Source of the DNA: an uncultured Nitrososphaerales archaeon | Lineage (GTDB): Archaea; Thermoproteota; Nitrososphaeria; Nitrososphaerales; Nitrososphaeraceae | Direction of reading: 5' to 3' | NCBI GenBank assembly: GCA_963841565.1 | Contig: CAWJCY010000003.1 | Location: forward strand, 192,001 to 256,000 | DNA length: 64,000 nucleotides | Shown: positions 45,413 through 56,976 of the stretch, in pieces | Layout: the number at the start of each line of letters is the position of its first letter | Position numbering within the stretch: position 1 is the first letter of the stretch | The notes under the pieces: generated by a model | Seen by the model: the letters and a program-made list of their open reading frames with translations, nothing else | Told to the model about the DNA's origin: nothing | The model's database searches: none | Translations under genes and position numbers: made by a program

Positions 45413-46363
45413 ATGTTTTCGGTCACGAAAAATGTAAACAAAAACGATAGCACCAAACGAAACAAATTATTGGTAACCATTAAGGGAGTTAAATATGGAG
45501 CTTTTGCTGGCTTTGTAGCAACCTGGTCTATTTCTTCAGTGATCGTCTTAACTGAATTGTTACTGGGGCTAAATATAGGCGCATTCTACTCGATCATGGG
45601 AATTAGCTTGGGTTTAAATGATATAACGACTGCGACATCGATAGCTTTTGGTCTTCACCTCACAGTGGGCACTATAATAGGAGCAGTATTCGGTGCAATA
45701 GGGATTAGATGGAAAAAAATACGTATGCTCAATCCGTACAAATCCTCGTTAGTTGGAATGGGAGCAGGTATTATACTATGGCTAGTTTTGTTTCTCCCAA
45801 TAACTTTATTCCTGATACAACCGGCTATTAATTCTATTACTACCATATTGGCTATTGGATCGCAGCAGGCTGTATTTTCCGAAGACGTAAATCTCTCTAT
45901 TAGAAACATCACGTTAATTGCGATTTCATTTCATCTAATTTGGGGTGCTATTTTTGGAATCATAGTCAGCTCATTGCTAAGAATTAGACTTTTCAAAATA
46001 AAGCAGCATTATAACGATATTATTAATATCGATCCAAATATTAGGTTAGTTACCATTTGTGATTCTGAAGGTAATACAATGTATTCTCGTCATGGTGAAG
46101 GTGTAAAAAATTTACTTACTGCAGAGGAGAGCAAAAAATCGATTGCGATGGCCATGACAGGATGGAAAGTGAGAAGCGAGCTTTCCCACAAAATTGGAAG
46201 GGGAAAATATGTTATCGCAGAGTATGAAAGAATCAAGCGAATCACCATGCCATTTGGAGAGGATTATCTTCTATATCTTACGACCGAACCACAGGCCAAT
46301 CATTTAAACATAATAAATAGAATTCGCAAGCTGGAGGCAGGACTAAAGTATTCTTTTGGCTGA
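45413..46363 (+). CDS. Membrane protein fused to a C-terminal roadblock-like (DUF6659-type) domain
   Basis: 4-5 TM helices with His in two of them (GLHL, FHLIWG), then IDPNIRLVTICD..G...KIGRGKYVIAEYERIKRITMP. Confidence 0.75.
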   Translation: MFSVTKNVNKNDSTKRNKLLVTIKGVKYGAFAGFVATWSISSVIVLTELLLGLNIGAFYSIMGISLGLNDITTATSIAFGLHLTVGTIIGAVFGAIGIRWKKIRMLNPYKSSLVGMGAGIILWLVLFLPITLFLIQPAINSITTILAIGSQQAVFSEDVNLSIRNITLIAISFHLIWGAIFGIIVSSLLRIRLFKIKQHYNDIINIDPNIRLVTICDSEGNTMYSRHGEGVKNLLTAEESKKSIAMAMTGWKVRSELSHKIGRGKYVIAEYERIKRITMPFGEDYLLYLTTEPQANHLNIINRIRKLEAGLKYSFG

Positions 46364-47017
46364 CCAGCGAGCAATGATTATTCAGGAGCCGCAATAATAA
46401 TGTGCCCTGTATGTGAACCAATAACAACGAAAGGGTGAAAAAAATATACGCATTAGGATGGAAATATTTAACATCAGAAGAATTTCATACTGTTGAAACT
46501 TATTCGTTATGATAGGATGATGTCACTACCTCTCAGTACGAGAATCATCTGGAAATGTAAGGTCATGAAAATAACTGAATAGAGATCTCCATTGTTGAGA
46601 AGGATATTGGTTCAACCTGCAACAAACTGCAGTAAGATATGATGAAAATTCTAGAACCTTTTACAACGGACTAAAAACTAAAATGTTCAGGCCATAGAGA
46701 TTATTGCAACAGCGACCGAAATATTACCTGTTCCATGGTGCATTTTCACTAGACGAGAGTAGTACATGTATTCCAATGATAATTCAAAAGATTTTGGCAA
46801 ATATTATCGTTGTACCCACAATACGGAATATGCTTTACCACTTTTATGTTATTGACTTGATCTTTTTTTTGCATTCATGCGTATTGCGGCCGATTCTACA
46901 TATCAAGTTTTTGAGTTTCGTACACTTGCCGAGAATTGTGAGAGCTCAACTTAACACGATCTACTTGTCAATAGAAACCTATATACACAAGCTTCCCTTC
47001 CTATAACGAATTGTTAC

Positions 47018-48283
47018 TTGAAACTTGAAGAAAATGCCATTACCCTTCACCGAATTTTAAAAGGAAAAATTGAGATTCATAGTAAAATTACGTCAGGTTT
47101 AGATGAAGCTTTTCAAGGAAATGGTGTAAGCGGTGCAGAGGGAAACAAAGGAGATAATAGTTCTAAGACACTGGAACTCATTTATACACCCGGTGTCGCA
47201 TACGTTGCAGAAAAAATTCGAGATAACAAACAATTAGTCTATGATTATACTTCTAAGTGGAATAACGTTGCAATTGTATGTGATGGTACTAGAGTGCTTG
47301 GGTTAGGGAACATCGGACCAGAAGGAGCTCTTCCTATAATAGAGGGAAAATCTGTTTTATTCAAGTTGCTGGGGGGGATAAATGCCTTTCCTCTATGCAT
47401 AAATTCTACAGATAAAGAAGAAATAATTACATTTATTAAAACTGCAGAACCAACATTTGGAGCAATCAATGTTGAAGATATCGAATCTCCAAAAGTGCTT
47501 GAAATAGTAGAAAGATTACAAGAAGCGTTATCTATTCCAGTTTTTCACGATGACCAGCACGGCACTTCTATCATTACATTAGCAGCATTATTTAATGCAC
47601 TTAAACTTGTCAATAAAGAAAATGAAATAAATACTCTAAAGATAGTAATAGCTGGTGCAGGATCTGCAGGATATGGCATATTCAAGATATTAACGGAGGT
47701 TGGATGTTCCAATATTATAGTAACTGACAGTAAAGGACCAATTTATCCTCAGAGGTTTGACTTTACTACTTTAAGTAAATACAAGTTAGAAATGGCTAAC
47801 AGGACGAAGGAAAAACACCTAAAAGGAGAAAGCGTAGCTGACGTCATTCAAGGAGCAGATGTATTTATCGGAGTATCAGGGAAAGCGAATCTGATTGACG
47901 AGAGAATGATAAAATCCATGAATAGAAATCCAATAGTATTTGCACTAAGCAACCCTCACCCTGAAATTCTGCCTCCTGCAGCATTGCGAGCGGGTGCAGA
48001 GATTATTGCTACCGGTCGGTCAGATTTTGCCAATCAAATAAATAATGCAGCAGTATTTCCATCAGTGCTACGTGCGTTATTAGACTTACGAGTATGCACT
48101 CTTACTGAAGATTTAATGATAGCTGTAGCAAGGTCCATTTCCGAGTTAGTAGACAGAGAGCATCTAAGCAGGGAGTATATTCTACCGGCCATAGATGATC
48201 CTAGAATTCTTCCAGTCGTCTCTAATACCATTAAAGGTTCTATGGAAAAGCTCATTCACGCAGCTGCAGCAAAGCAGAATTAA
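47018..48283 (+). CDS. NAD(P)-dependent malic enzyme
   Basis: YTPGVA, DGTRVLGLGNIGPEGALPIIEGK, INVEDIESP, FHDDQHGT, GAGSAG, FALSNPHPEI, ATGRSDFANQINN. Confidence 0.95.
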   Translation: MKLEENAITLHRILKGKIEIHSKITSGLDEAFQGNGVSGAEGNKGDNSSKTLELIYTPGVAYVAEKIRDNKQLVYDYTSKWNNVAIVCDGTRVLGLGNIGPEGALPIIEGKSVLFKLLGGINAFPLCINSTDKEEIITFIKTAEPTFGAINVEDIESPKVLEIVERLQEALSIPVFHDDQHGTSIITLAALFNALKLVNKENEINTLKIVIAGAGSAGYGIFKILTEVGCSNIIVTDSKGPIYPQRFDFTTLSKYKLEMANRTKEKHLKGESVADVIQGADVFIGVSGKANLIDERMIKSMNRNPIVFALSNPHPEILPPAALRAGAEIIATGRSDFANQINNAAVFPSVLRALLDLRVCTLTEDLMIAVARSISELVDREHLSREYILPAIDDPRILPVVSNTIKGSMEKLIHAAAAKQN

Positions 48284-48353
48284 TCTAGTTAAAACTTGTA
48301 ATTTCCTAGTCATTCGCGATAATGTTTAGTGGAGGACTTGCAGAAGAAATGTA

Positions 48354-48797
48354 CTATAGGAATCGAAAATCTTCCTTTATTGTGATAAGGACCATATGAC
48401 TATTTGTTCTTTCAATAGAAGGAAGGGCTAACTCCTTTTTAACAAATTGGCTGAGATCTCTGCGATTTCGGAACTTGGCTACAATTATCATATCTGTAAG
48501 TCCTGTGATATCGTATACTGCGCATACGTTTGGAAATTTAGAAATTGCCTTTTCGACTTCTACTATCTTTCCTTTATGTGCTGTAACTTCTATTATTGCT
48601 GTCAAATCGTAGCCTAATTTCTCATGATCAACTATAGCAGAATAGGATTTTATTATTTGATGGGATTGCAGCCTATTTATTCGAGAAAGCACAGTAGGAG
48701 CAGAAACCCCTATCTGATCCGCTATGCTTCGAAACGAAAGTCTAGCATCAAGAAGAATTTTCCTTAATATTTTTGTGTCTATCTCGTCAATATTCAA
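48354..48797 (-). CDS. Lrp/AsnC family transcription regulator
   Basis: DEIDTKIL..L..DARLSFRSIA..IGVS..TV..RI, and YDITG..D. Confidence 0.93.
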   Translation of the reverse strand: MNIDEIDTKILRKILLDARLSFRSIADQIGVSAPTVLSRINRLQSHQIIKSYSAIVDHEKLGYDLTAIIEVTAHKGKIVEVEKAISKFPNVCAVYDITGLTDMIIVAKFRNRRDLSQFVKKELALPSIERTNSHMVLITIKEDFRFL

Positions 48798-48943
48798 CGG
48801 AGATTCTATTACTACTTCTTAAAATGGGGGTCTGTGATAAACCTTGTTGTATTCTTAATGTAGATAATTTTCTATTCTCTGCAATTCAGAGCACCCAAGT
48901 TTGACAAGTTTCCTGCTTCGATATATGATTCAGATATATGATA

Positions 48944-49159
48944 TCAAGAAATATACTTTCTTTTACTTAAGAGCCTCCTTCTTAGCTTTGCATCATGAGT
49001 TTTTATTCTTAAAACGGTACCACAGCAAGGACATCTTGACCCATTATTCCATTTTATAAAAACCTCACATTCGGTACAGCGCCTTACACCATTCTCATAA
49101 AATGAAGCATGAAATGACTTCTTTGCTTTATAGCTTATGCAAATATTCCTACAAGACAT
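48944..49159 (-). CDS. Small zinc-finger protein
   Basis: CRNIC...Y..G.RRCTECEVFIKW..RCPCCG..LR. Confidence 0.8.
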   Translation of the reverse strand: MSCRNICISYKAKKSFHASFYENGVRRCTECEVFIKWNNGSRCPCCGTVLRIKTHDAKLRRRLLSKRKYIS

Positions 49160-49406
49160 ATTATTTCAATTTAAATCAATAGGTCAACAACGTAGGTTGA
49201 TTTCATAGATATATCAAAAAGTAAACTTATCCTGCTGCTATATAGCGAAAGTGATCTCGCAAAATGATTCTAACAGTTTCTATGGTTGATACAGATTCGG
49301 AATTTGCATTTGTTACTATGCTTGTCAACAATTTGATATTTCCTTATGAAGATTACATGCTATGAAAATGTTCATCTCTCATTTTCATTTACCTGTTTTA
49401 TTTGTA

Positions 49407-49580
49407 TTAAACACTCCTGTTCCTTGAGACGAGCACAGTTTTAACTTGTTTGAATACACATGGTGGTATTGAATTGTCTTTAATTTTGCAGGCTGTGAAG
49501 TGCCATCCTACCTCAAGGGCCAAGTAACTAATAGCAAAGCCAAGTACTAAATATACTAGCAGATTCAGATTTTCTAACAT
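49407..49580 (-). CDS. Small membrane protein (57 aa, below the ORF-track cut-off)
   Basis: Manual translation MLENLNLLVYLVLGFAISYLALEVGWHFTACKIKDNSIPPCVFKQVKTVLVSRNRSV*, with tttatataa about 25-30 nt upstream of the ATG. Confidence 0.6.
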   Translation of the reverse strand: MLENLNLLVYLVLGFAISYLALEVGWHFTACKIKDNSIPPCVFKQVKTVLVSRNRSV

Positions 49581-50076
49581 TTAATGTTATACAACGAATT
49601 TGTCTTATATAAAGTTCTTTATCCCAGGGTTTAACGTTTAAGATGTAATACATTAGTAAGCTTAATGAGTGTTAAGATCTTTGTTAAAGTTATGAAAGGC
49701 TCCTTTTCGACTGTAAAGAGGAATTTTTCATGCCAAGAATAATGTATGATGTTTATTGCTTTCTAAAAGAATAGATCAAATCAATGTCTGAACCCAAATC
49801 GGAACTTCTGAGATGATATTCAAATAGCGTTGGTCCACTTTAGCTATCTTAGATTTGCAAAATGATAATCTATTGATAGAAAATGAAAAACGCGACCGTT
49901 CAAGTCGTATAGAAGAGAAGTAACATTCACAGTAAGTACTAAGTCGATGTGGGCTAATGGTATACCCGTAAAAAATTTACTGACTACGTCAATTTGTTCA
50001 TAAATGATATGAAATACAGGGTAAGAATTTTTATTCTAAATCAAAATTATTCATTGAAAATGGAGAATATTCCATA

Positions 50077-50436
50077 TTACCTCACGGTATCATGTTCTTT
50101 CTCTTGTTCCATTTTAAGACCTTTTTTAGGCCTCAGTTGGTTATATCTCATTCTAAAAAACTCCACTACAGAGGGTACATCATTTTCTCCATTAGTGATC
50201 CAATAACTAATCCAGCCCGATTGTGGCAATATATGATGAGGAGACACACGACCAGAATTCACAAGTTCGTTTCTGGTCTTCATCGGAAAGGGTAAGTCTG
50301 CCAGGCAATCTCCATGGATATGTCCCATTTCTCTTCTATGTAGACGAAATTCTATACCCCCAAACCTATGCGGTTCAACTGTAACGCCTGGCCAGCTTTG
50401 TATTTCATCTCGAATTCGTTCGAAAATTCTGCTCAT
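50077..50436 (-). CDS. Luciferase-domain (DUF5519-like) protein
   Basis: WPGV...HRFGGIEF...REMGHIHG..LADLPF, PHHILPQSGW. Confidence 0.85.
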   Translation of the reverse strand: MSRIFERIRDEIQSWPGVTVEPHRFGGIEFRLHRREMGHIHGDCLADLPFPMKTRNELVNSGRVSPHHILPQSGWISYWITNGENDVPSVVEFFRMRYNQLRPKKGLKMEQEKEHDTVR

Positions 50437-50797
50437 GAATCTAAATAAGATATCCAGGATTATAAACTGGTGGGTTTACAAATTATATTAACTAACAGCT
50501 ATCATGATTAAGGTATAATAAATACAGAAATAGGACTTACTAAATGTAACATATAGATAAGATAAGCGGAGCAAGTTGAAGATGTATCGGTGATCCAACC
50601 TCGAATCTTGCAGAGACTTTGATCATCAAGCAAGTTTAAATTTCCCGAACTGTACGGCATTAAATTAGTACTACTTTTTTACTTTCACTTAGAGTATAAC
50701 ATGTCTCACGATCAGCCTTTATCGGGTAGGTGGCAGAACTGTTTCTAATGATTATTGGCGCATGGACTAGTTGTCGATACATTGTACTTGTGCAATC

Positions 50798-51559
50798 TTA
50801 AATTCTCAAGAATTCGTATACCTGATACTTATGTTCAGCATCGGAACGAGATGGATATTTCCATTTTGTTAAGTCTAGCTTTACCTTGGCAAATTTGTTC
50901 TTTTCCAAAAAACTACTAGAGTCCACTGATGATAATAAAATATTGTATATCTGTTCTCCCACCAAAACTTGGTTTGGTTTTGCAATAGAAGTTATCTTTG
51001 AAGCCATGCTTATACTTGAACCAACAATATCCACATGTGATCTTACCAAGCTCCTTCCATAAACCACCACCAATGTCTTTCCATAAGCTAATCCGATTTT
51101 AACGGTGATCTCTGGCAAGCTAGATGATTTGAATGCTGGATTGATAACTTGAGTTACAATTTCAAGTATCGCTATGGAGCAGTTTAATGCGTTTCTGCAT
51201 GCTAGCGCTTCATCGTACATTGCAGGAAATAAAATAATAACAGCGTCACCTTCATATTTGAATACATAGCCGTCATATCCAAATACGATATTACTTATCT
51301 CTTGAGCAAAAACTTGTACCATTAAAGCGAATCTGCTGTCTTCCAAAGTTAAGCTCAATTGCGTTGAATTGTTGATATCAACAAACATTATGACAAGATT
51401 AGTTTTGGTATTGACCTGTCGTCTCAGTAACTTTGCACAATCTTGAGTTGACATATCAAGCTGGAGGCCATCCATAAGGGTTTTGTTCACTCTAGCACGA
51501 ATTTCAGATAAATCTACACTGGTAATATTAATTGAATTTTGAACCATATAACAATTCAA
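50798..51559 (-). CDS. Class III adenylate/guanylate cyclase
   Basis: MFVDINNST, KYEGDAV, VKIGLAYG, DIVGSSISMASKI, QVLVG. Confidence 0.9.
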   Translation of the reverse strand: MNCYMVQNSINITSVDLSEIRARVNKTLMDGLQLDMSTQDCAKLLRRQVNTKTNLVIMFVDINNSTQLSLTLEDSRFALMVQVFAQEISNIVFGYDGYVFKYEGDAVIILFPAMYDEALACRNALNCSIAILEIVTQVINPAFKSSSLPEITVKIGLAYGKTLVVVYGRSLVRSHVDIVGSSISMASKITSIAKPNQVLVGEQIYNILLSSVDSSSFLEKNKFAKVKLDLTKWKYPSRSDAEHKYQVYEFLRI

Positions 51560-51938
51560 TGTAACAAGTAATTAATAGGCTTTGGTAGACCAGCGGGATT
51601 TGCAAAGTTGAGACCAAATATTTTCTAAGTCTGATTATCATCCTAATCCAAATTCTACACCCTTCTCTTTCATTTTTCGTTGCTTAATGACTAGTAAGCA
51701 ACTGGCACGTGAGAATGTATTAGTATCAAATAATCCGCACCTAAGAATTCAATTTTTTTTCTCCTCTAATTCCTAGAATATGATATTCCATCTTTTGCTC
51801 AAAACGAGATCACTTTCTGAGGGGCTAGAGGGATATTTCTGCTAATCCTCAATTTGGACTTCAAGATGAATAGACAATATTCACGTCTAAACCCTGCAAC
51901 AGAGACGAAAAGAAAAATATTTAGAAACTACTTATCAT

Positions 51939-52588
51939 TTATCCCACTACATTGACAGTGCCTACCATCCATGGATGTAAAATGCACAAGTAATTGTATG
52001 TGCCTGGTTTTTCAAAAGTTGCCATAAATGTATTACCAGTGCCAGGATAATGCTTTTCTAACCCATCGGGGAGGATCCACCCAGAGTTGACATACCTCTC
52101 ATCTCCTGCAATTGAGTAATTAGCACTTGGATTCATAAACTGCACCCTAGCCTGTGAATCGATAGTAACGGGGTTATATGTTCTCGCATTAATTGCTAGT
52201 AAAGTATTGATTCCGCCTTCGCCTGGAATCAAGATTGCCTCATTGTTTGAGCCGGGAGGAATAGCATTGAACTTTGTTGTATTCGAGACACCGAGTGGGG
52301 AAGCCACGCCAGCCACAGGTACCTGTTATCCAATGTGAATGTAACCGTGTGAGGCTCTGCCGCACCTATAGTTGGATTATACCATTCGACACTATCTCCA
52401 ACATTAATCGTCAAGTCTTGAGGAAGAAACACTGTCCACGGCGCAGTTATGTTACCTCCTCCGGCTGCTACTTTGAAAATTTTGTTTTCTGCAGACGTTG
52501 CCTTCGAAATGGTGTTGATGTTATACGTTGCAATAGCGATCAAAAATGCAATAATAGCCAAACCAATTAGAATTTGCTTAGGGATCAT
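51939..52588 (-). pseudogene. Cupredoxin-domain protein with a frameshift near 52320
   Basis: FLPQDLTINVGDSVEWYN...EPHTVTF in one frame and YNYLCILHPWMVG in another. Confidence 0.82.
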
Positions 52589-52787
52589 TTGATTTTTTAA
52601 TGAGGTTAGTAAAATATAAACGTCCCGTATCACCGTTGATGGGCTAACGAATATTGAAGAGTCTTTATGGGAAGACAACTGGCCGTATGATGCCGTATGT
52701 CGACACAAATAATTCCAAGTTCCTCATCAACAGTATACAGCCATCACTTAATAGCACCAAAGTCGCAAATAGCGAATCAACATGGCC

Positions 52788-54032
52788 TTAGCTATTGTCA
52801 TTAGGATATGATGAAGGAGACGGTCTTACTCCCATCACAGCTTTCAATCCAAGCTCGGTTCCGTTTCTAAGCACCTTCAGCACAACCGTGTCTCCTGGTG
52901 CCGTATTTCGTTCAAGATATGAGACCAACTGTTCAAATTCAGTTATCTTCTCTCCGTTTATCCCGACGATGATATCTCCTCCATGCTTCCTACCATACTG
53001 ATCTGTTGTAGTTCCGTGCAAACCTGCACTATCGGCAGGCCCTCCTTTTGCTAAAGTATTTACAACTACTCCCTTAACGTCGTCTGTAACATTTCCTATG
53101 TTTTCTGCTAAATCTGACGTAAGTGTAGTTCCAGTGAAACCCAAATATGGATGAGAGTAATTGCCTTTTTCAATTAATCTTGGCACTATATCTTGTATTA
53201 GATTCATCGGTATCGCAAAACCCAGCCCTTGCGAAAGTGCCGCAAAGTTGACCCCTACCACCTGCCCTTGCATGTTCAACAATGGGCCACCAGAGTTACC
53301 CGGATTTATAGCAGCATCAGTTTGGATCACGTCAGGAACAGAATAGGGGACTTCAGGTGCAGGCACTAGCCTACCGACCTGACTTACAATGCCAGTTGTC
53401 ATTGTGCCAGCCAGGCCGTAAGGATTACCTATGGCGATTACCTGGTCACCCACGATAAGCGCCGATGAATTTCCTAGTGGAAGAGGGCTTAACGGCCCCT
53501 GAACAAGCGTATTGTTTTGATTTTCGATAATTTTTAGAACGGCTATGTCGATATACGGATCTACGGCCGTTACGTTTGCTCTCAATCTGTCGCCATTTGT
53601 GAATGTAACATCAACTACTTTGGAATCGCCAACCACATGATTGTTGGTGATAATGTGTCCTTGATTATCAAAAAGAAAACCTGATCCTAATGCACTTCTG
53701 TTTTCCTGTGATGGATCCATGATTACACCTGTTTGTGGAACTATCCTAGTTATTTGTACTACAGAGTCCTGGGTCTGTTTGAAAATTTTATTTAGGATAT
53801 TTCCAGAGGTTCCTGTTAGAGATGGAACTGACGAGGAAGAATTATTCCCAGTATTCTGGTTGGCCACATCGTTCTGATCCTTCTGTGTCAATTGTGATTG
53901 CATTTGCATGTCTAATGCACCCTCCCAATATTCGCTAGAATAAGCGACTGGAGTTTGTATGAAAATCCAATAAAGTGATACTGCAAGAGAAAGTAGGACA
54001 ACTCCAATTATCATTGAATTTGAATTCACCAT
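52788..54032 (-). CDS. HtrA/DegP-like serine protease with one PDZ domain
   Basis: LGSGF, ITNNHVV, DIAVL, IQTDAAINPGNSGGPL, GGDII. Confidence 0.94.
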   Translation of the reverse strand: MVNSNSMIIGVVLLSLAVSLYWIFIQTPVAYSSEYWEGALDMQMQSQLTQKDQNDVANQNTGNNSSSSVPSLTGTSGNILNKIFKQTQDSVVQITRIVPQTGVIMDPSQENRSALGSGFLFDNQGHIITNNHVVGDSKVVDVTFTNGDRLRANVTAVDPYIDIAVLKIIENQNNTLVQGPLSPLPLGNSSALIVGDQVIAIGNPYGLAGTMTTGIVSQVGRLVPAPEVPYSVPDVIQTDAAINPGNSGGPLLNMQGQVVGVNFAALSQGLGFAIPMNLIQDIVPRLIEKGNYSHPYLGFTGTTLTSDLAENIGNVTDDVKGVVVNTLAKGGPADSAGLHGTTTDQYGRKHGGDIIVGINGEKITEFEQLVSYLERNTAPGDTVVLKVLRNGTELGLKAVMGVRPSPSSYPNDNS

Positions 54033-54377
54033 CTGGTTCCTATCATTCTGCTAAATCATATTTATTATCGTTACTAATCGAATGTGATTAGAATGCAATT
54101 GAGTGTTAGTAATCTTTACGTTGAACGAATCGCTGAACCTCTTGCTACAAGAATAGCGACTTAGGCAATACAGTTGATTTTGTCATTGTGTGATTTACGA
54201 GTATTTAAACTACATGACAGAGGGACCGTTCCTAATTTCAATTCTTTGAGTTTCCTGTTCGTTCATGACAATTCACAGTGTCTAGCTGTCTTAACCTGCT
54301 CCGATGTCTGGATTCCCATACCTTTAATCATCGGATATACACATATACTGAGGTTTTGTTGTTTCGCTGGTATCGTC

Positions 54378-55075
54378 ATGAAGGCCATCATTTTCGATAT
54401 GGATGGTGTTTTGGTAGACACTATGTCTTCACATTTTCAAGCCATGAAGACTGCAGTTGCTGAGGTTACTGAGATTGATTTGGACAAGAGAACATTTCAC
54501 CTGTTTGAGGGAATGCCCATAAGAGAGATGGCTAAGAAGATACTTGATAGTGTGGGTTACAAGAGCCACAATGGAGAGACAACTACGGATATTTTGCTGA
54601 GAGAATAGGAGTGAGAAAAAAGCAGATCTTTATGGAAATGAAGCAAATTCCGAAGCCATTTGCTGGTGTTAAAGAATTGGTACTTGAAAGCCTGAGCGGC
54701 TGCTCGAAGGCCGTAGTAACTGAATCATCTAAGCAAGAACTAGATACTATTGTAAGGAACAATTTTGGGATAGACGCGTTTGCTGTTACTCTAAATGGGG
54801 ACAAATTTGAAGGAAAAGGTAAGCCTGATCCTGCATCATACTTGGAAGCCTTAAGGAGACTTGGGGTACCAGCCACAAACGCTTTAATAGTAGAAAATGC
54901 CCAGCTGGGAGTGCAAGCAGCTAAAGGGGCAGGAGTAAAATGCATAGTTGTACTAAATTCCTCACCTCTAACTGCCTACGATTTCAGAGAATTTATTGAT
55001 GACGAGAAAGATATACTCAAAGATATGAATGAAGCGAATGGCTTGCTCAAAAGTTGGTGTACTGCAGTATCATGA
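54378..55075 (+). pseudogene. HAD-superfamily phosphatase (beta-PGM-like) with a frameshift near 54595
   Basis: MKAIIFDMDGVLVD, then KGKPDP.SY and IVENAQLGVQAAKGAG in the second frame. Confidence 0.85.
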
Positions 55076-55319
55076 GCCAGACTATGATGCCACACAAAGT
55101 TATATTAGTAGCTGATGATAATGCATTGAACACGGGGTAAGTGGGATAATATCACTCCAGCACGAAATTAATTACGCAGCACTAGGAATTCACTATTTGA
55201 TTGATAAGAACCTTTCATCAGTATTAAATCATCTTAATAGAAATAGAGATTTATCTGATCACACTAAGAGATTAAATCTAGATAAGCAATAACCTGTCTT
55301 TAGAATCAAGACCGAAATA

Positions 55320-55613
55320 ATGGTAGTTAAAAACTGGATTGTCTTGGGAATAGCTGTGGCTGTTATACTCGCTTATACTGTAGGAATACCGCCTTCATTT
55401 AGTGCCGAGTATACAAAGAGAACACAAAATTCTGTATCCGAAAATAATTGTAGAAACACAGAGGATGGCTACAATGGACAGCCACCTTCAGAATACGAAT
55501 CTCTTGTAGACAATACGGAAAACACAGAGAATAGTCGTACTTACTGTTCAAACACTAATTCGGATGTTCAAGGAGAAGGGAATGCAGAATCGCTGACGTC
55601 AGTTCAACGCTAG
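55320..55613 (+). CDS. Small secreted two-Cys protein
   Basis: Signal peptide; EYTK...SENNC...YCSNTNSDVQGEGN; paralog of 23785..24018. Confidence 0.6.
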   Translation: MVVKNWIVLGIAVAVILAYTVGIPPSFSAEYTKRTQNSVSENNCRNTEDGYNGQPPSEYESLVDNTENTENSRTYCSNTNSDVQGEGNAESLTSVQR

Positions 55614-55700
55614 TTCAATATTTCGAATCCAACCTTTCTCCTATAGAACCAGTTCAATCAAACAGAACCATTTGAATTTGCTAACTTTGCTTGGCTCGGG

Positions 55701-55919
55701 GTGTTTACTGAATCACCGAAAGACGAGGGAGCAGCAGGAGAGCCACCAGCACACGATGGAACTGCGGAGCGAAAAATGTCGCCTTATGTGTGCGGGAAAT
55801 TCGCTGGTGGGACGATTGGGAAGGTTGAGTGTTGCGCTATTGAAATTGCTACAAACAAAACATGGTGCACCACTTGCGACGCCACCAACCCGCCGAGTAA
55901 CTGTGGGCCGGCCTATTAA
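55701..55919 (+). pseudogene. Cys-rich hypothetical protein fragment
   Basis: C...ECC......WCTTCDATNPPSNC; no clear start or signal peptide; followed by a broken repeat-containing tail. Confidence 0.45.
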
Positions 55920-55940
55920 CATGTAGTCAAAAGAATAGGA

Positions 55941-56046
55941 AATGGAACCGTTCCATTCGGTAGGACATTCGAAGAAACAACCGACTTTCCCAGAACAACA
56001 AGCACCTTTTAATGGTACCGTTCCATTCGGTGAGACATTCGAAGAA
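55941..56046 (+). repeat. Two 36-bp direct repeats separated by 34 bp
   Basis: aatggaaccgttccattcggtaggacattcgaagaa (55941-55976) and aatggtaccgttccattcggtgagacattcgaagaa (56011-56046); 33/36 identical. Confidence 0.85.
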
Positions 56047-56221
56047 CGGCTTTTCGTGCCAATGACATTTTTTGATGGTATAACTAGGATGATCCGACAT
56101 TCTGCAAGACCCGTTGGAGCTATCTGCTATGCAGGAGGTTTTGTAAAACTAAAAGATGTATATTGTACAACTAATTAGAGTCCCTATTTTTCATATACAA
56201 TAATATACATAGTTATACTCT

Positions 56222-56659
56222 ATGTTTATATCAATCGTAATAGTTATTTTGATACTAATACCAACAGTAAATGTGTTTGCTATCTCTAAACCAAATTTTT
56301 TTACTGAAGATGGTTATGTCATACAACGACAAGAGAAAAGACCAGCAATAAACGAAGATTTTGCTCCCGATAGTAGCTGCATGTTTGATGCATTTCAGCT
56401 AAAATGCATACCTGGAGCAGAGCAGGAATGTCCTGAGGGCTTTGGAAATAACGGCGATGCAACTTGCTTCATTAGACATCCAGAAGGATGCCCTAAAGGC
56501 TATCATAGTACAGATGATGATGATACAGGACAATGTTATCCTAATTCAGAAGGATGCAATACGTATGTTGTACTGAACGGAACGCGCCATAACTTTGTAC
56601 TGCTTACAGATAGGCCAGGTAAAGGGGATATCTGTGCAGATCCACGTTACCTCAATTAA
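56222..56659 (+). CDS. Secreted Cys-rich protein
   Basis: Signal peptide; CPEGF...C and GCPKGYHS.DDDDTGQCYP. Confidence 0.7.
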   Translation: MFISIVIVILILIPTVNVFAISKPNFFTEDGYVIQRQEKRPAINEDFAPDSSCMFDAFQLKCIPGAEQECPEGFGNNGDATCFIRHPEGCPKGYHSTDDDDTGQCYPNSEGCNTYVVLNGTRHNFVLLTDRPGKGDICADPRYLN

Positions 56660-56976
56660 TTAAAAATCCTATTTTCATACCCATTGTGTAGATAGCACCT
56701 CCTACGTCAATATTAGAGAAGGAGACTGTTTCCCTGCAGTTATCACCGAGAATACTATGCTACAAAATATTGCATATTACCCCTTTACAATATGACCGCA
56801 AGTGCAAATGCAAGTCCGAGGATGCTCTAAAACCTACCTCGGAACAAATTGAGTTCTAGATACGGAACTCTTTAATTTCCTTGTGAACTCGTCTCCGAAT
56901 ATATTTCGCCGAGAACTTAGGATTTGAAATAACAGGTAAGTTATCTTGTAACGCTGTCAATCAGCCAGTTAGCCAG

